The notes beneath the pieces are model-generated. The model was not told the DNA's origin. It saw only the letters and a list, made by a program, of their open reading frames with translations, and searched no databases. The translations under genes were made by a program, and so were the position numbers. Below are positions 27,758 through 37,753 of a DNA stretch of 61,749 nt, piece by piece. The stretch covers positions 1-61,749 of the IMG/VR virus record IMGVR_UViG_3300049846_002543. One strand, given 5' to 3'. The stretch is from a virus. Taxonomy: Duplodnaviria > Caudoviricetes. Every line of letters begins with the position of its first letter. Positions within the stretch are counted from its first letter, which is position 1.

Positions 27758-29277
27758 CAGTACGTGCCTCCGTTTAGAGAGAGTCCCACCGGAGGAACTA
27801 TAGAACCATTAGCGTACGTCCCTCCGTCAATCGTGTTTGTAGGCTGAAGAACAGGAGAACCGTTTAAATAGGTGCCTCCGTCATAAATTTCAGAAGGCTG
27901 CGGAGCGTAAGGGTCGTATTCCGATACAGGAAGCAAAGATATCTTATTAGGATCCAAAGAGACAAAAGAACCTAGTTCGCCTATATTCAGAGTCTTACTG
28001 ACTACGTTATAAGTATCAGGATATAGCATCTGTGTAGGCATCGTCTCTGGAGACGGACCGTATCTATTCCACCAAACTAAATTACGCTCGCGATAATAAA
28101 AATCAGTCTGTTTTTTTAAATCGCGCTCAAACTTTTCTCTATACCACTCGTTCATCGGCTCGTCGTTAGGTTGCGGGAGCCAAATTGTAGTTGCGGCGTC
28201 TTGTTGATATTTATTTTTTAAATCCCACATTGCAGCGTAGATATGTTTACACCATCTGGGTTGATAATAAAACAAATTAGGATCTGAATAAGAAGCTTGT
28301 TCGTAAGAAGGAATATTGTAGATCTGGTTAAGATAAATAAAACCAAAAGAACGAGCGTACCCCGGGTTGTCTTGTGCAGGAACAACACGAGGAGTCTCTG
28401 TCGGACCTGCATCAAAAAACCCAGGAGACGTGTTGAAAACTCCCGTGTAGGGATACTTCATCTTTAAAGACTTTTGATAAAGATCAAAAGATTCACGTCC
28501 CAAAAAATCAGGGCAACTACATTGACTGCGCATTTCAGTAGTCAAAAATTCACCTGGGGCGGGCGGTCCAGAGGCAGGAACACTCATCGTTGTGGCATCA
28601 ACCACGCTCCAGCTGTTGTCCGGGCCGTGAGATAAAAACAGAGTGTTAAAAACAGGCGCACTATCTGGCTCCGTAGGAACACCGTCTATGCCTACAGCAG
28701 TGACAGTATAGTTATTAAAACCGTAGAGTTTATCTGTGCCGTTAGGAGTAAAACGGTTAGATAAAACTTCTCCTTTAAAAAAAGAAATGGGGGCACCAAA
28801 GGTAGACGTTAGTTTTACGGCGTATGTCTGTGCGTCGTAATTAGTTACAGATTCTACGGCGTAACCGTAATCTTTAAAATTGAATGAATCTCTGGGTCGT
28901 ATTCCGACCATCCACATTTTTGAATCCGTCCTTGTGGTCGGATACAAAAAAGATAAAGCAGGTATATAAAGACCAGATCCTGAATTTTGACCTAAGTAGT
29001 ATTTAAAACCGTAAGCTAGTGCATCGTATGCTTGTTGAGCATACATTGATAATTCATATCCTCTACGCCAACGAATCCACAACGAGGCGTAATCATAATC
29101 GCTTAAAATACTAAAATCTTTCGTGTTGACAGCTGGACGAAATCTCCTATTAAAAGGTTGCGGCCTGCTTAATTGAGACGGATGTTCAGCCCCAGCAATA
29201 TCAGGAACAGATCGGATACCTGAGTTCGCATTGAAGGCGCGAAACCCGAAATTATCCGATCCTTTCCGACGTGACAT
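27757..29277 (-). CDS. large protein with split SWIM-like Zn finger
   Basis: CSCPDF...WCKH; three C-terminal (D/N)GGTY motifs. Confidence 0.6.
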   Translation of the reverse strand: MSRRKGSDNFGFRAFNANSGIRSVPDIAGAEHPSQLSRPQPFNRRFRPAVNTKDFSILSDYDYASLWIRWRRGYELSMYAQQAYDALAYGFKYYLGQNSGSGLYIPALSFLYPTTRTDSKMWMVGIRPRDSFNFKDYGYAVESVTNYDAQTYAVKLTSTFGAPISFFKGEVLSNRFTPNGTDKLYGFNNYTVTAVGIDGVPTEPDSAPVFNTLFLSHGPDNSWSVVDATTMSVPASGPPAPGEFLTTEMRSQCSCPDFLGRESFDLYQKSLKMKYPYTGVFNTSPGFFDAGPTETPRVVPAQDNPGYARSFGFIYLNQIYNIPSYEQASYSDPNLFYYQPRWCKHIYAAMWDLKNKYQQDAATTIWLPQPNDEPMNEWYREKFERDLKKQTDFYYRERNLVWWNRYGPSPETMPTQMLYPDTYNVVSKTLNIGELGSFVSLDPNKISLLPVSEYDPYAPQPSEIYDGGTYLNGSPVLQPTNTIDGGTYANGSIVPPVGLSLNGGTY

Positions 29278-29283
29278 AGCAGA

Positions 29284-29853
29284 TCAATAGAATCCGCCTT
29301 GAGCCAAAATAGTGATACCAGAAGCACTTAAACCGCCAGAGGCAGCTACACCAGAAGCGCCAGCAGGTCCCACGCCGATGTAACCGGCACAGAGAATGTA
29401 ACCCTTCTCAAGATACAGACCTTCGTTCTTGCCGATTTGGACAGGAGCGATCAAGTTTGTATCTCCGGTGCGAGGAACCGGTGCCATCACAGCGGGGAGC
29501 TGGACACCCAGCGGATAACCAAAAGTAGAACCGCTCAGTCCTACCTCAAAGCGTCCGATCATCAGAGCAGCCGACGTGGAAGGAGCCGCTTGGTTTGGCA
29601 TATAGACGTACAGACCGATATCTGCCGTGCGAACGCCGCTGTTATCGGGATAGTCCTCGTTGCTGACGATGGTGATGTCCTCAACGAGAGCACCGTCCTC
29701 GGACGGGAGATCGCCCACGCGCACTAGCTGGATCAGGGTCCCTAAAGAGGGGTTGGTAGGATCGCAAGTCGTCGTGGCATTAGTGATCCGTGCCCCCCGC
29801 AAAAACGGACGATCGATTAAGCAGGGCTGCTTGTTGGTGCTAGTTGAGGCCAT
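29284..29853 (-). CDS. putative virion structural protein
   Basis: MASTSTNKQPCLIDRP...AQGGFY; late-gene context. Confidence 0.6.
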   Translation of the reverse strand: MASTSTNKQPCLIDRPFLRGARITNATTTCDPTNPSLGTLIQLVRVGDLPSEDGALVEDITIVSNEDYPDNSGVRTADIGLYVYMPNQAAPSTSAALMIGRFEVGLSGSTFGYPLGVQLPAVMAPVPRTGDTNLIAPVQIGKNEGLYLEKGYILCAGYIGVGPAGASGVAASGGLSASGITILAQGGFY

Positions 29854-29875
29854 TGTACGCGCTGGGTGAAGTGAA

Positions 29876-30316
29876 TCAGCCTAAACCCCGTAAAGGGTTA
29901 TCGGTTTTAAGAGGAGCGGGCTTACCTAAAGCGGCAGCCAACAACGGGGATGAATCTTCCTTAGAGCCGCCAATACGCTCAAGAATTTTTTCGAGGCGCT
30001 GTTCGTCGCGCTGTTGAGCGATGTAATCGGAGATCATACGGGTCGCCATGCCCTGAGGCGCAGGTTCCATGCCACGGATGCCTCGGACTAAGTTGCCGAT
30101 TCCCTCCAGCAATAAACTGCCGCCGACCCAAGCGTTGCTAAAAGGGCTATCGGAAATGCCAGGCTTGCTGGGGCTAGGGCTTGTAGAGGGTGCCAAACCC
30201 TCGGCCACTGCAGAAAATTCGTCGACGCGATATTCCGGAGAGGCGAATCCACCGGGGATAGAAGTGCCGAAGTCGTACCCACTGATGGGCAGCGCATTAG
30301 AGAAATAGTCCGCCAT
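29876..30316 (-). CDS. hypothetical protein
   Basis: 146-aa ORF. Confidence 0.65.
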   Translation of the reverse strand: MADYFSNALPISGYDFGTSIPGGFASPEYRVDEFSAVAEGLAPSTSPSPSKPGISDSPFSNAWVGGSLLLEGIGNLVRGIRGMEPAPQGMATRMISDYIAQQRDEQRLEKILERIGGSKEDSSPLLAAALGKPAPLKTDNPLRGLG

Positions 30317-30326
30317 GGATCAAGCC

Positions 30327-32210
30327 TCAGAACAAGGGCATTTTTTCAAGGGTTTGGTACGCCTGCGGGGCAAGCGTGGCGTTAAGATCCGCCGCTCCTT
30401 GAGTACCGAAGGCGGCGTTCATCGCGGCGGCCCGAGCTTGACCGGCTGCATTATTAGGTGTGTTGGTTCCCATAGAGGTACCGAGTACAGCCCCCTGTGC
30501 TACAGGCATTTGCTGGCTGGGGCCACGGCGCTGCATCTGAAGTTGCAGGCGGTACGCAAGCTCGGGATTAGCGCGAGCCCAGGTCTCGAAATTGGCCTCG
30601 TTTTCAATACCTACCGAAGCAGGAGCGCCCATACCTTTAAGTGCGCCGACAATCTGTTCCGCACGTCCAGGAGCGTTCGCATAAGCCGATTGAACACTGT
30701 AAAGATCACCAATGTTCTTGTACTGAGAAGCATCCTGACGGAGACCCTGTGCTGCGTTTTGAACAGCTTGACGATATTCGGAATCGCGTGAATCCATAAG
30801 CTGAGGCACCGATCCAGCACCCATCGAGCTACCTACAGGACCAGACGGAGCTCGGCCGCCGACGGGAGCCGGAAGACTGGGAGCAGCAGGCGTAGAAGGA
30901 GCACTTAGCGAACTGGGATTGACGGTGCCGGGGATGGCGTTCGTGCTACCGGCAATAGGTTGAGGAGCGGAAGCTACGGGAGCACCGGTAACGGAAGGAG
31001 TGTTAGCACCAAATTCAGGCGTCGCTGTGGGCACACCCAGCTGCGTTTCACCGGGCGCAGGAAGCTGCTCTTGACGTCCGGACATAAAGGCAGCGAGGCC
31101 AAGACCGCCCAGAATTCCGCCGCCGACAAAAGGTGCGACAGGCATCCGTCGGGCAGCTTCAGTTCCGCCAGCCGCAGCAGCTTGGGCAGCTGCCGGCGAA
31201 GAGAAAATTTGACCGAGATCGACAGTGTTTACACCGCCCATAGCGTTGGCTCGGGGCGGCGTTTGTCCGGCAGCAGTCGACGGAGTAGCGCCCCGCTGAA
31301 AAACATAAGGAGCGGTATTCGCTTTATTTAAAACATAAGAGGCTTCGGCATCATTTAAGCCCAACTTTCTCAATTGGTTTAAATTAGTGACATCGTCAAC
31401 ACCCATAGCTGTTTTTTGCCTTGTACCTATAACCAACCCGTCCAGTTCGTCTAAAGGAATCCGAAAAGAAGAACTTTGAGAATCAACGGAAGTGGCCTTG
31501 GGCAAAGCGCGTTGGGCTTGAGGAACTTCATAAACATTGACCCGTTCGATACCGGACTCAGTCAAAGACTCCGGCGTGCGGGTCAGGGCGCCGCCACGAT
31601 TCAGATATTGAGCGGGGGTAGCTTCAAGCTGACGAATAAGCGGCGAATCAAAACCTTCAGCGCCAAGCAGAGCTTCCATCACAGCGTCTGGGTTGACGCC
31701 ACGCTCGGCTGCGGTGGTCTCGACAATGGAACGAATGCGGCCATACCCTTCAGGGTCGCGACGCATAAGTTCCTTCCCGTAAGCAAACGCGGGTTCAGGT
31801 GCTTGAGGGGAGCTAGGAATCGGATAGGGCCGAACAGTCGTGCTGCGGGGAATCTCTTGACCCACCGGCAACGAACGTTGTCCAGGAGCGATGCCAGGAA
31901 CCCGAGCAGGGAGAGCTTCCCGAGGAACATCGGCCTGGGGATAGCCCGCACGACGAGGTACTTGCTCAGCGGGAACCTCACGAGGCACCGGCAGTTGTTT
32001 TTGAAAACGACCGGTCTGAGTATCCGGAGGTACGTTTAAACGAGGTTGGACTGCTTGCCCAGCGGGCGCAGCTTGAACAGCGGGGCGGCTCGGTTGGATG
32101 GTCTGCCGGATTTGCCGAGGAGTCGGTGCATCCGGAATCATGTTATTGATCATCCGAAGACCGCCCTCAACGAGCGCTCGGATGGCCTTTTCGTATGAGC
32201 TGTACGACAT
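30327..32210 (-). CDS. Pro/Ala/Gln-rich protein, probable internal virion protein
   Basis: 627 aa, low complexity, one Gly-rich hydrophobic segment (FVGGGILGGLGLAAFM). Confidence 0.65.
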   Translation of the reverse strand: MSYSSYEKAIRALVEGGLRMINNMIPDAPTPRQIRQTIQPSRPAVQAAPAGQAVQPRLNVPPDTQTGRFQKQLPVPREVPAEQVPRRAGYPQADVPREALPARVPGIAPGQRSLPVGQEIPRSTTVRPYPIPSSPQAPEPAFAYGKELMRRDPEGYGRIRSIVETTAAERGVNPDAVMEALLGAEGFDSPLIRQLEATPAQYLNRGGALTRTPESLTESGIERVNVYEVPQAQRALPKATSVDSQSSSFRIPLDELDGLVIGTRQKTAMGVDDVTNLNQLRKLGLNDAEASYVLNKANTAPYVFQRGATPSTAAGQTPPRANAMGGVNTVDLGQIFSSPAAAQAAAAGGTEAARRMPVAPFVGGGILGGLGLAAFMSGRQEQLPAPGETQLGVPTATPEFGANTPSVTGAPVASAPQPIAGSTNAIPGTVNPSSLSAPSTPAAPSLPAPVGGRAPSGPVGSSMGAGSVPQLMDSRDSEYRQAVQNAAQGLRQDASQYKNIGDLYSVQSAYANAPGRAEQIVGALKGMGAPASVGIENEANFETWARANPELAYRLQLQMQRRGPSQQMPVAQGAVLGTSMGTNTPNNAAGQARAAAMNAAFGTQGAADLNATLAPQAYQTLEKMPLF

Positions 32211-32235
32211 CCTAAAGACCTAGCCTGAGTTTATA

Positions 32236-32856
32236 TTAGCGCCAATCTGCGTAGAAATACAGACGATCAGCACGAGACACATCAGGTGGACCAGGAATAG
32301 CTTGGATGAATTCTGCGCCACTCCGTTCAAATCTATACCGAGATGCCACGGGGTCTTTATAGTTGGCTACATAAAGCATCTCAGCCAAACGACCCGTCTC
32401 ATACAGGTAGTTTTGACGCCAAACTTTGGCAACTTCAGTTTTATCTTGAATGTTGATCGAACGGTTAACATCCCCAAGAATGGTTTCTTGGCGGTTCGTG
32501 GCGCGACCTGCAGCGAGTTCCGTTAAGCGCTCAGCTTCCTCACAGCGCTCAATCTGTTGGACAATTTTATCGTAGTAAAATTCACTAGATATACTATTAC
32601 AAGCCTCTAATAATCTGGCATAATCACCAGCAGGTACAGTGGCTATATTGTAACCTAAGTGATAAGCTACACGACTAAAGTTAAAATCATCTAACCTATA
32701 ACCGAAGACTTGAGCCGGGTTTCGAGTTAGCTGGTTTACTGCAGCGTATATTACTTGTCTCTTAGTTGCATCTGTTGTGTCGGGCTGAAAGACGACGCCT
32801 TGCTGCGCCAGATAACTCTGGAGCTGCTCTAGTTCTTGCTGCGTAAACTGAGCCAT
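32236..32856 (-). CDS. putative head completion/adaptor protein
   Basis: 206-aa helical ORF downstream of the capsid genes; function inferred from position only. Confidence 0.45.
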   Translation of the reverse strand: MAQFTQQELEQLQSYLAQQGVVFQPDTTDATKRQVIYAAVNQLTRNPAQVFGYRLDDFNFSRVAYHLGYNIATVPAGDYARLLEACNSISSEFYYDKIVQQIERCEEAERLTELAAGRATNRQETILGDVNRSINIQDKTEVAKVWRQNYLYETGRLAEMLYVANYKDPVASRYRFERSGAEFIQAIPGPPDVSRADRLYFYADWR

Positions 32857-32902
32857 AAAAAGCGCCGCCCTGTGTTACAGTATAGGCCCTCACAAACGAG
32901 AC

Positions 32903-33421
32903 ATGGCTCAACCGCGCTTATGGTGCGACCATCCGTTACAAGATACTTACAGATCGATGATAAGTCGCTGCTATCACAAAGGAAATCAAAGCTACGAAAA
33001 ATACGGCGGAAGAGGGATAACTGTATGCGAGAGATGGTTAAAACACAGAATGAACGGAGGAAAAACATCAGAAGGTTTTAAAAATTTTGTTGAAGATATG
33101 GGACCCAAACCTTCAAAAAATCATTCATTAGAAAGAATAGATAACAACAAAGGGTATTGTCCCGAAAACTGTAAATGGGCAACTAAAAAAGAACAGCAAC
33201 TAAATAGAAATAGATATAAAAATGAAAAGCTTAGAGGAGAACTACATCATCAAAATAAACTCACAGAACAAGAAGTAATAGAAATAAAAAAAGCTCTGTT
33301 AAATCCTTATAGAGGACTTATAACAGAGCTGGCTAAAAAATACAGCGTAGATAGAAAAAATATATACGCAATAAAAAATGAAGAATCTTGGAGTTGGTTG
33401 CAAATTACTCCACAAAAATAG
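32903..33421 (+). mobile_element. free-standing HNH homing endonuclease
   Basis: YGGRGITVCERW...FVEDMG...SLERIDNNKGYCPENCKWAT; A-rich and opposite in strand to its neighbours. Confidence 0.85.
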
Positions 33422-33845
33422 AGTCGTTCAGGATCTCATCCCAATTTACATGTTTGATTTGGCGAAGCTGTTCCAGCTTTGTAAAACGCTCACCAGGCAA
33501 CGACATCCGAAGCTCAATAATTTCGTTGGCGGTCTTAAGCCCCACGCCGGGTAACACTTGGGTCAGCAGCTCAGGTGTCATCGCGTTCAGATTGAAGCGA
33601 CTCGGCGCCGGCACTTGCGGTTTCACAATCTGTCGACCCCTACGAGACTTAACGGGTTTTGCGTCCGAGCCATCCTCCGCGACCTCGTCTTTTTGCTCGA
33701 TCTGGTTCTTATGAGCGAAAAAGACTTTACCTGTTGTCTTGGATTTCACCATAAAGTACTCACCGTCATCATGAGTACTCAGAATGTCGACTTTTACACC
33801 ACTAGGAGTGAAGGTGACGTCTTTAGAAACAGTGGCAGTCATCAT
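33405..33845 (-). CDS. helix-hairpin-helix DNA-binding protein (ComEA-like)
   Basis: LNAMTPELLTQVLPGVGLKTANEII...FTKLEQL. Confidence 0.8.
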   Translation of the reverse strand: MMTATVSKDVTFTPSGVKVDILSTHDDGEYFMVKSKTTGKVFFAHKNQIEQKDEVAEDGSDAKPVKSRRGRQIVKPQVPAPSRFNLNAMTPELLTQVLPGVGLKTANEIIELRMSLPGERFTKLEQLRQIKHVNWDEILNDSIFVE

Positions 33846-33904
33846 GGAGATACGACTTTCGCGCAGTATAGGACAAAGTTAGAATAGAAAAAAGTCAACG
33901 AACG

Positions 33905-34384
33905 ATGCCCAACCCTTTTAACTTACTTAGATTTGCAAATCAAGTTCCTGGCGTAGGTAACGCCTTGAGGGCCATCTACGCTGTAGCTCCTGACGTGGGT
34001 ATAGGACTTCCCGTGGAGCTCATGATGTCAGAGAAAAAGTCACCTAAAAAAGAAAAAACGGCTGCTTTAAATACGGCAGCTGAAGTAGCCACGTCGCTCG
34101 TCATGGGTGGCGCCGAAACGATTCCGCAGTTAACTCAGCTGGCTACAGATCCCGGAATCCTGAGAGCCTTAGGTCAGGAAGGGTTGAGCCGGAACGAGAT
34201 AATTCGAAATTTGAATGCACGCGCCCGCACCATTAACCCCAGCATGTACACCGAACAGCTGGTAGAGCAAATTGTTGAAGGTCGAATCGACGAAGAAAAA
34301 GAACGACTAATGCAGGAGGCTCGCAATCGCCTGCGTGGAATCGAAGTGCCGCTACCAACCTCGGGAATGATGAGGATGCGCTAA
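33905..34384 (+). CDS. hypothetical protein
   Basis: 159-aa ORF preceded by a TAGAAT box. Confidence 0.65.
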   Translation: MPNPFNLLRFANQVPGVGNALRAIYAVAPDVGIGLPVELMMSEKKSPKKEKTAALNTAAEVATSLVMGGAETIPQLTQLATDPGILRALGQEGLSRNEIIRNLNARARTINPSMYTEQLVEQIVEGRIDEEKERLMQEARNRLRGIEVPLPTSGMMRMR

Positions 34385-34390
34385 GGCAAT

Positions 34391-34415
34391 AAAAAACCCC
34401 TCCCGAAGGAGGGGT
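34391..34415 (-). terminator. rho-independent terminator after the capsid operon
   Basis: Minus strand ACCCCTCC-TTCG-GGAGGGGT followed by a T-run. Confidence 0.85.
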
Positions 34416-34437
34416 CCCCTTTGCCGACCTGAGTATA

Positions 34438-35316
34438 TCAGGAAGGAACGGTAGAGCTGTAGATGGTGGATTCCACCACGCCGCCGGGCTGCAGAACCAG
34501 ATCATCGCGCTTAGGAGCGACGTCGGGGACAATCCAGCACACCTCGCAAATAGCGAGCGCCTTGTTCTTACCGGCCAGTTTGCCGGACTGGGCGCGGGGA
34601 TCGAAAGTACCCGAAGCGAGGGTAAGACCGGAAGCAACAGCGCCGCCCAGGTTACGGGTAGCAAACAGTTTCCAAGTGGTCTCGGTGCTAAGGGCAGACA
34701 GCTTGCTGGCATCAATGATGTTCACCGAAGCATTGCTGCCGTTCTCGATCCGGCTGCTGGCGCCGGTCACGGACACACCGAACTGACCAGAAACCACGGT
34801 GCCGTCACTGCGCAGACCTTGGTTCACTGCGGGAACCAGGCTGAGCTGAGGAGTGGCGGAACCGCCGCCCACACCGCTGCTGATCACGTCGCCGCCGTCA
34901 ACGCGGAGCGAAGCGCGGTAAACATAAGCGCCAGCAGGCACTTTGATACCGTCAGCGATGTCGGAACGGACATCCTTGTGATAATCCGGGGAGGGGATGA
35001 TCACGTTGGCGCTGCTGAAGGCTTGGTTAGAGCCGTTCAGACCAGAACCGTAAGGCTGAGCGTAGTACTCAAGCTGGTTAACGGAACCGTTGGCCTGATA
35101 GGAAAGGTCAACATAACCGATTGCCTGCTGAGCAATCCAGCCAGGACGGAACACCACACCGACAGGACCGCCAACGGGTTGGCCGGTCAGGGTCTCGGAG
35201 GTTCCGTTCTCGTTGTTGAAAACAACGGACTTTTCTTCGTGCCAGTAACGAAGAACGTTAGTGTAGTTACCAGGATAGATCTTGGCAACTTGGAGCTGGT
35301 TAGAGTTGATCGCCAT
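34438..35316 (-). CDS. minor capsid/decoration or other major virion protein
   Basis: Directly downstream of the MCP with a strong SD (AGGAGG) and codon usage suggestive of high expression. Confidence 0.65.
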   Translation of the reverse strand: MAINSNQLQVAKIYPGNYTNVLRYWHEEKSVVFNNENGTSETLTGQPVGGPVGVVFRPGWIAQQAIGYVDLSYQANGSVNQLEYYAQPYGSGLNGSNQAFSSANVIIPSPDYHKDVRSDIADGIKVPAGAYVYRASLRVDGGDVISSGVGGGSATPQLSLVPAVNQGLRSDGTVVSGQFGVSVTGASSRIENGSNASVNIIDASKLSALSTETTWKLFATRNLGGAVASGLTLASGTFDPRAQSGKLAGKNKALAICEVCWIVPDVAPKRDDLVLQPGGVVESTIYSSTVPS

Positions 35317-35331
35317 CGTTAGTACCTCCTA

Positions 35332-36447
35332 TTAAGCGTTAAAGGAGTAAGCGATGGTGGCGAAGTCAGCGTTCAGGAGTTCGAAACCTGCGTACAGGCT
35401 CCAAATCATCATGATGAAACGGCTGAAGTCGTCGTTGTTATTCAGGAGCACCTGAGCATTGTTGCCGCCGATACCGACGCCCACGCTCTGGGGACCGAAG
35501 AACATACCGATTGCACTCTCATAGGAAGCGCCGGTACCGCCGATGGTCGCGGTCTGGCTCTGAGAGGGCATGTTGGTCGATTCGAAGAAGCGAACGCCTT
35601 CGAAAACGAAACCGGTGGGCATGATGGGCTCACCAGCCACGAAGCTGGCTTGACCGAAGCCCTGACCCATGTAGATAGCAGCGTTGGGCTGCATACCCGA
35701 CATAAGGGGGTTGATCTGACCGTTGCCAGGATAACGAGCCACTTCACGGAAGTCGCTGTTCTGACGCAGGTGCATCAGGAAGGTAGGATCGCATACACAG
35801 CGATAGAAACCGTCCTGATAGGTAGGAACGTTACGCTTACGCAGGCTCTTCACCACGCGCAGCAGGTCGTCCTTAACGTCGAACTTAGCTTGTTCGGCGT
35901 TGCTATAGGTCAGGGAACCAACAGCCAGATCGCCAGGGTAGTAGTAACCACCTTGGGTATCGGAAGCTTGGCCCTTAGAAACTGCTTTCAGGAGTTCGTT
36001 GATGAACACCCGGTCACGCCAACGACGATAGTCGTCGAGCAGAGTCAGCGAACCGATCGACTGGTGGAACGCGGTCAGGTTACCGGTGTCCAGCAGCAGG
36101 CGCTGAGCAGTGATCAGGGTTTCCCGAGCAATCTTAAAGGTGCTCGGTTGGGTGGGATCGGACGGATCAGCAGGACCGGTGTACTCCTTAAGAGTCACCA
36201 GCACCTTGTCCTTCACGATGTTGCGGCTGTTAGCAGTACCGATGGTCTGCTCTGCAGTACGCTCACGTGACTCTTTGCTTCCCGGATTACCCCAGAACCT
36301 GTAGCGGTCTAACTGCACAGTCTGGCCAGGCTGCTTGCTGAAGTCGTGAACGACCACAGGCTCTGCAGCCATCTCAACAACGTACGCAGGGTGCGGACGG
36401 TAGAGTTCGGCGCCGAGAAGCTTCGGGAAATCATTATCGACAAACAC
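35332..36447 (-). CDS. major capsid protein
   Basis: 371 aa, downstream of portal and scaffold; HK97-like features (PGQTVQL, GFVFEGVRFFESTN); strongly biased codons. Confidence 0.8.
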   Translation of the reverse strand: MFVDNDFPKLLGAELYRPHPAYVVEMAAEPVVVHDFSKQPGQTVQLDRYRFWGNPGSKESRERTAEQTIGTANSRNIVKDKVLVTLKEYTGPADPSDPTQPSTFKIARETLITAQRLLLDTGNLTAFHQSIGSLTLLDDYRRWRDRVFINELLKAVSKGQASDTQGGYYYPGDLAVGSLTYSNAEQAKFDVKDDLLRVVKSLRKRNVPTYQDGFYRCVCDPTFLMHLRQNSDFREVARYPGNGQINPLMSGMQPNAAIYMGQGFGQASFVAGEPIMPTGFVFEGVRFFESTNMPSQSQTATIGGTGASYESAIGMFFGPQSVGVGIGGNNAQVLLNNNDDFSRFIMMIWSLYAGFELLNADFATIAYSFNA

Positions 36448-36527
36448 TGTCGATAGCTCCAGAAACTACAAAGTAAGTTTAATAGATAAAGAGGCTAAGG
36501 ACACATAAAAATGTCTCGTTTTTAGCG

Positions 36528-37241
36528 CTAGCCCAACTTTCGGTAGATATTGCGTACGCTCTCTGGTAGCTGGTAGTAGATAGAACCGTAGTTAGAAACG
36601 TATTTGGCCGCGCCGCCGCGATACATAAACCGGAATGGCACAGACATCAGTCCGGGCTCTTCTGTACGAATCGTCTGTGTGTACGTCTTGCAGTAAACCG
36701 GAGGGTTGTAAACCCATTCAGAACGATTCGCCGTTCCCTGAGGACCGAGCGAGTTGGTGAGAATGCCTCCCTCGTACCGACCGTGGGTTACTCCACCACC
36801 CGTAATTCCTTGCTGTCCAGTATTTCCTGTCGGTGTGTTGTAAGGATCGTAGGTCTGAGAGTCTGGTGCAGATCCCCCGAAGTACGTATATTTACCGGCA
36901 TCGCGGACTCCGTAGTCAGGACCGGTAAAAGTCTGAATTTTCCGTCCAGCAATCGTGCTGACAGTAACTGGTCGATATCCTTGATACGAACTTAAGACAC
37001 CACTAGGTGCGTAATCTACATTCTCGTAATCAGTCCAGTACCCTGATACCGCCGTAGGTACTTGACGCCACGACGTTGAATAGGTGCCGCTGTAACTAGG
37101 AGACCCATCGACAATTACGCCGACGTCAGCTCCGGTATCTCGAATACCCGAGCTAACAACGACATAACCTTCATACGAAGGGCCGGTTTGGACGCGATGC
37201 GGCCCCGAATCGTAATTGTAATTTCTATACGATATATACAT
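36528..37241 (-). CDS. Tyr/Gly/Ser-rich putative virion protein
   Basis: 237 aa within the head module. Confidence 0.6.
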   Translation of the reverse strand: MYISYRNYNYDSGPHRVQTGPSYEGYVVVSSGIRDTGADVGVIVDGSPSYSGTYSTSWRQVPTAVSGYWTDYENVDYAPSGVLSSYQGYRPVTVSTIAGRKIQTFTGPDYGVRDAGKYTYFGGSAPDSQTYDPYNTPTGNTGQQGITGGGVTHGRYEGGILTNSLGPQGTANRSEWVYNPPVYCKTYTQTIRTEEPGLMSVPFRFMYRGGAAKYVSNYGSIYYQLPESVRNIYRKLG

Positions 37242-37267
37242 TTAAAGCAGCCAGAGCTGCCTTAATT

Positions 37268-37450
37268 CTAAGCGGCGGGGGTATCCTCAGCCGGAGCTGT
37301 AGGGGAAACCTGGCTGGCGATTGCCCGAATATCCTCGCTAATCAGATTTACATCGCGAGCGTAGTTCGCCTTGAGTTCTTCAAGCTCTTTTTTCAGCTGC
37401 TCGACTTCGGTATTTTCGCCGCCACGGCGACGACCAAGGGGATTAGGCAC
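37268..37450 (-). CDS. small coiled-coil protein
   Basis: 60-aa ORF. Confidence 0.6.
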   Translation of the reverse strand: MPNPLGRRRGGENTEVEQLKKELEELKANYARDVNLISEDIRAIASQVSPTAPAEDTPAA

Positions 37451-37453
37451 GAG

Positions 37454-37636
37454 TTACTTACCTTTGCTCTTCTTGTATTTTACAGCTTTTTTCTTCGCCT
37501 CCTCGCGTTTCTCGACGCGCTCAGGCAAGTTACCTTTCGTCTCTTTTTCGTATTCAGCTACTTTAGCTTTTGAGATTTCACCTCGCTCTTGCATTGCGTA
37601 GAATTTACGCCTTTGTGCCTCAGACTTAAAAGGCAT
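37454..37636 (-). CDS. small basic protein (MPFKSEAQRRKFYA family)
   Basis: MPFKS.AQRR...ET.G.LPERV pattern of small phage head-region proteins. Confidence 0.7.
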   Translation of the reverse strand: MPFKSEAQRRKFYAMQERGEISKAKVAEYEKETKGNLPERVEKREEAKKKAVKYKKSKGK

Positions 37637-37668
37637 CTTGATAAACGCTTTTTAACAGTATATCCAAT

Positions 37669-37696
37669 AAAAAACCCCCGTTGTCCAGACGGGGGT
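37669..37696 (-). terminator. rho-independent terminator after the scaffold gene
   Basis: ACCCCCGT/ACGGGGGT stem with a T-run on the minus strand. Confidence 0.75.
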
Positions 37697-37753
37697 CACG
37701 CTATGTTCGTCCACCATGCGAGCGGTGCTCCACACCGCTGAACTTACTTTAAC

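Noticed and set aside
33405-33845. PsbU photosystem protein
   Set aside because: The HhH fold is shared, but there is no signal peptide and the context is the head module.
35650-36270. 206-aa antisense ORF within the major capsid gene (likewise 31476..32039 and 34819..35322)
   Set aside because: Expected from strong codon bias on the coding strand; no recognisable protein features.
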